Program-made: the position numbers and the translations under genes
Sequence record: MZ443769.1
Strand: one strand, 5' to 3'
Length of the DNA: 64,000 bases
Notes under the pieces: generated by a model
The model's input: only the letters and a program-made list of their open reading frames with translations
Databases searched by the model: none
Told to the model about the DNA's origin: nothing
Shown: one piece after another, positions 63,433 through 64,000 of the stretch
Layout: every line of letters begins with the position of its first letter
Numbering within the stretch: the stretch's first letter is position 1

Positions 63433-63498
63433 CTGTAAAGAATGATTATGCAGCAACATAAAAAATGTGTTGCTGCCGAATACAAACGAATCTGTAAA
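63433..63498 (+). promoter_or_regulatory. tandem CTGTAAA motifs flanking a hairpin
   Basis: ACGAATCTGTAAA twice (cores at 63433 and 63492). Confidence 0.6.
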
Positions 63499-63546
63499 TC
63501 TTAATTGAAGCAATAACGCTTCTCGAACTCAAAGGAAATTCGTATC

Positions 63547-64000
63547 ATGGCTAAAGCTAAATCCGCAAACGCAGCAACTCTGGTTCTGGCATCTATCTTC
63601 GGTGTTGTTGTTGAGAACGCCTCGAACGAAGAGATTCAAAAGCTGCTGGCAGACGCGGGTCTGACTGTATCCGGTGGTAAAGTTGTTAAAGGCAAAGCTG
63701 CTAAAGCTGAAAAGCCTGCTGCTAAAGGTAAAGGCAAGAAAGCTAAAGCGCCGACCGTTGCTGAAATCGTTGCAGCGGTGAAGGAAGAAGAAGAACTGGA
63801 CATCTCTGCTGTGAGCGAAGATGATCTGCGCGCCGCAGTTGTGAAAGCTAAACTGGCCGCTGCCAAGAAAGCAAAAGCGCTGGACGAAGACGATCTGCGC
63901 GAACTGCTGAACGAAGCAATGGGCGTCGAGTCAGAGGATGACGAAGACGAAGAAGAAGAGGACGACGAAGAAGAAGAGGACGAAGACTCTGACGACGAAG
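63547..64000 (+). CDS. K/A-rich then acidic protein, runs off the window end
   Basis: AAGGA SD; translated by hand: MAKAKSANAATLVL...; not in the ORF track because it is incomplete. Confidence 0.8.
   Translation, partial: MAKAKSANAATLVLASIFGVVVENASNEEIQKLLADAGLTVSGGKVVKGKAAKAEKPAAKGKGKKAKAPTVAEIVAAVKEEEELDISAVSEDDLRAAVVKAKLAAAKKAKALDEDDLRELLNEAMGVESEDDEDEEEEDDEEEEDEDSDDE

Noticed and set aside
1-64000. tRNA or rRNA genes
   Set aside because: No GGTTCRANTCC T-arm with an acceptor stem and no rRNA-like sequence found by eye; tRNAscan-SE would confirm

Overview
A 64-kb segment of a large (jumbo-like) tailed dsDNA phage genome. It is densely coding, and every gene I can support is on the + strand except a DNA primase. 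Bases 1-20.6 kb hold a core block: an Ig-repeat virion protein, primase, Cas4-like nuclease, Acb1-like 2H phosphoesterase, sigma70-like factor, gp32-like SSB, intein-containing RecA/UvsX and an AcrVA2/FinQ-like protein. Bases 20.7-53.4 kb are an accessory/early region of mostly small unknown genes, plus a Tpt1/KptA homologue, radical SAM enzyme, YbiI/TraR-like protein, UvsE, dUTPase, lytic transglycosylase, HD hydrolase, GNAT and a minimal kinase-like protein. Bases 53.7-64 kb encode very acidic or very basic low-complexity proteins. An enterobacterial host is inferred from the YbiI-like gene, the ssrA-like peptide and sigma70 promoters; kinship to the 'hairy' Erwinia/Dickeya jumbo myophages is only an impression. 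Strongest unexplained signals: (1) a -1 frameshift signal (A_AAA_AAG plus stem-loop) that would fuse 19007-19939 to a start-less downstream frame; (2) nine ribosome-binding sites folded as hairpins with different stems but an invariant GAGG loop; (3) an orientation-tracking CTGTAAA motif upstream of genes, a candidate target of the phage sigma factor; (4) an early promoter class with an upstream element at fixed spacing from the -10 box; (5) a ~340-nt highly base-paired non-coding region; (6) a protein ending in an ssrA-tag look-alike. All family assignments come from motif recognition by eye or from memory; no searches were run. No tRNA, rRNA or CRISPR array was seen.
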